Source: Promethearchaeota archaeon
GTDB taxonomy: Archaea > Asgardarchaeota > Hermodarchaeia > Hermodarchaeales > Hermodarchaeaceae
Assembly (NCBI GenBank): GCA_048939245.1
Contig: JBHLPR010000006.1
Coordinates: forward strand, 12,504-68,925
Reading direction: 5' to 3'
DNA length: 56,422 nt
In this document: piece by piece, positions 54,501 to 56,422 of the stretch
Layout of the letters: each line of letters begins with the position of its first letter
Position numbering within the stretch: position 1 is the first letter of the stretch
Made by a program: the position numbers and the translations under genes
The notes under the pieces: generated by a model
The model's input: only the letters and a program-made list of their open reading frames with translations
Database searches by the model: none
Told to the model about the DNA's origin: nothing

Positions 54501-56422
54501 ATGAAGTCTATTATGAGAAATTCTAGGCTAATTTCAGTAGTGCTACTAATATCTCTGCTTTTTCCAATGTTCATCGCACCCGCAATCTATCTTCCAACAT
54601 CAATTTCACCAATGGGTTTATCAGAACCTGTGACAGGGCCAAGTTTCTTCACAGAACCCATGGCTGTGACGATTCCACCTGATGCGATTCGTGTTGCGAT
54701 ATACAATGAACCCAATACGACATCTCCCTCCTATGAAGGAGGAATCGGTTCTGTCAATACTAATTCGTCCAGTCAGATTGCTTCCATACTCCAAGCTGCT
54801 GGATATCAGACAACGCTACTAGACACTAACGATATTTATAATCATCAACTTATGACTGCACGTTACGATGTGTTTGTAATTCCTGACACACTGCCTCGTG
54901 AGAACATAACCAACCAGATCTATGAGTACTGGCTTGGTGGTGGCGCCTTACTTGGTTTCGATAGTTTCGCAGTATATTCCTGCTACATGGGCATATTACC
55001 ACCAGAAACCAAAGGAACTAACGGTTATCCCGGATACTGGAGCTACGTGGGTAATCACGCTAATGTCTCAACTCGACACCCGGTATCGAAGAACTACGCC
55101 GTTAATGACACCTTTACACTGCCACCTTATGGATATGCTGCATGGGATTGGACCGCTCTCTTAGCTTCTGCAATTGGCGCAGACTTAACTCGAGTTGCTC
55201 ACAATGGCCTGAATGAAGACGAGGTAACAGTTCTTGCGTTTGATCCGACCAGCCAGGGTGGTCGTGTGGTTCATTTCTGGTGGGATGGAAGCACCGAGTC
55301 CCTCCCAGGTATTCATCAAATGGTTCAAGACGCGGTGATGTGGCTTTGCCCACGACCCAAAGGACGAATCCTCTTCGATTTGAGCCATCAACCCTATTAC
55401 GGAATTGACCCCTGGGATGATCTGGCAAATCTCGCTGGCAACTATGAGGTCTGGCGAGATGAACTGGTTACCCGTGGCTACTTGTTGGATAAACTCTATC
55501 CAGCTGCGGGTGGCAACATCACCTTGAATCGATTGAATCCCTATGATATGTTCATTGCATGTCTTCCTCAATACAATTATACTGCCGCTGAAGTCGTTGC
55601 TATGAATGATTGGGTGATGGCTGGTGGTGGACTTCTTGCTTTGGGAGACAATACAGGTCTTGCAGATGAAAACAATAACATCAATTATCTCCTCTCCAAT
55701 GTTGGTCTCTCCATGGCTGCGGTTGACGCTGGTTCAGGGTCACAAACCTACTATGTGAAGCATCCAATAACAGAAAGTGTATCTTCACTTTACTTTGCTA
55801 GTGCAGGATTTGTCAATTACACAGGCTCAGCCTATCCTATTTGGGGAGCTACTGCTGTGAATATCTTGGCCGGTGGTCAATACCATAACCTCGGTCGAGT
55901 TATTCTGGTCGGTGACATCAACTGGGTAGCCGATGGCAACATCGGAACTGACAATAATCGCCAATTTAGTATAAACCTGGCAAACTGGCTTACCTCATCG
56001 CTTGCCCGAGTTCTCATCTATACCGATGAAGCGTATAGTTCAAACTATTACAAGACACCTGTTGCACGAGCGCTCAATGACCTTGGAGTTAAATTCTACA
56101 TTACAAAAGGTGGACTTATCGGGTTTGACTACTTTAACTTCTCACTCTACCGATACAACTGGGATCTTGCTATAGTGGATAACGGCGACTACTTTGGCTT
56201 CGATTCATACTATGATGGTCTAGTCGATTATCTCGATGCTGGCGGGTCACTAATTTTCACCTCATTTGATGCAGATAGTGGTGCACCTCATCCACTATTC
56301 AGTCGACTGGGTGTGACCCATGCTGCCTCTGTAGGTGGCGATCCTACGACGTACGTATGGGATGCAGGACACCATGTGTTTAGTATGCCTCATCTCTTCA
56401 CCACCACAAATTTCAACACCAC
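54501..56422 (+). CDS. Large secreted protein with tandem class-I GATase-like (DUF4350/GIFT-like) domains; runs off the window
   Basis: Not in the ORF track. MKSIMRNSRLISVVLLISLLFPMF signal-like start; RVAIY, YDVFVIPD, WLGGGALL, ILFDLSH, WVMAGGGLL and GRVILVGD motifs. Frame appears open to the end. Confidence 0.8.
   Translation, partial: MKSIMRNSRLISVVLLISLLFPMFIAPAIYLPTSISPMGLSEPVTGPSFFTEPMAVTIPPDAIRVAIYNEPNTTSPSYEGGIGSVNTNSSSQIASILQAAGYQTTLLDTNDIYNHQLMTARYDVFVIPDTLPRENITNQIYEYWLGGGALLGFDSFAVYSCYMGILPPETKGTNGYPGYWSYVGNHANVSTRHPVSKNYAVNDTFTLPPYGYAAWDWTALLASAIGADLTRVAHNGLNEDEVTVLAFDPTSQGGRVVHFWWDGSTESLPGIHQMVQDAVMWLCPRPKGRILFDLSHQPYYGIDPWDDLANLAGNYEVWRDELVTRGYLLDKLYPAAGGNITLNRLNPYDMFIACLPQYNYTAAEVVAMNDWVMAGGGLLALGDNTGLADENNNINYLLSNVGLSMAAVDAGSGSQTYYVKHPITESVSSLYFASAGFVNYTGSAYPIWGATAVNILAGGQYHNLGRVILVGDINWVADGNIGTDNNRQFSINLANWLTSSLARVLIYTDEAYSSNYYKTPVARALNDLGVKFYITKGGLIGFDYFNFSLYRYNWDLAIVDNGDYFGFDSYYDGLVDYLDAGGSLIFTSFDADSGAPHPLFSRLGVTHAASVGGDPTTYVWDAGHHVFSMPHLFTTTNFNT

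Overview
Archaeal chromosomal window, most likely from an Asgard archaeon. This is inferred from a longin-domain protein, a gelsolin-like protein, a Rab-like GTPase, a CdvA-like coiled coil and the archaeal thiolase/HMGS/DUF35 operon. About 22.5 kb (9305-31782) is taken up by two tandem paralogous giant type-I membrane proteins of 2922 and 4498 aa. Each has a signal peptide, a lectin-like tip, a long stalk of ~100-aa Ig-like beta domains, one TM helix and a highly conserved ~250-aa cytoplasmic tail with two 'ELxKIPGL' helical modules joined by a Pro-rich linker. The longer paralog differs almost exactly by four copies of a 4-domain (~399 aa) super-repeat, and the two upstream leaders carry complementary 15-mers. 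This pair is the best candidate for an undescribed system: an adhesion or receptor pair with a length-tuned stalk. The rest of the window holds mevalonate-entry and redox genes, a cluster of eukaryotic-signature-like genes, a divergent Phr/Hsp20 heat-shock module with recognisable operators, a lipid-carrier glycosylation locus (GT2, nucleotidyltransferase, flippase-like protein, GT-C paralogs) and truncated ORFs at both ends. No rRNA, tRNA, CRISPR array or mobile element was recognised. All family assignments are from motif recognition by eye; no searches were run.
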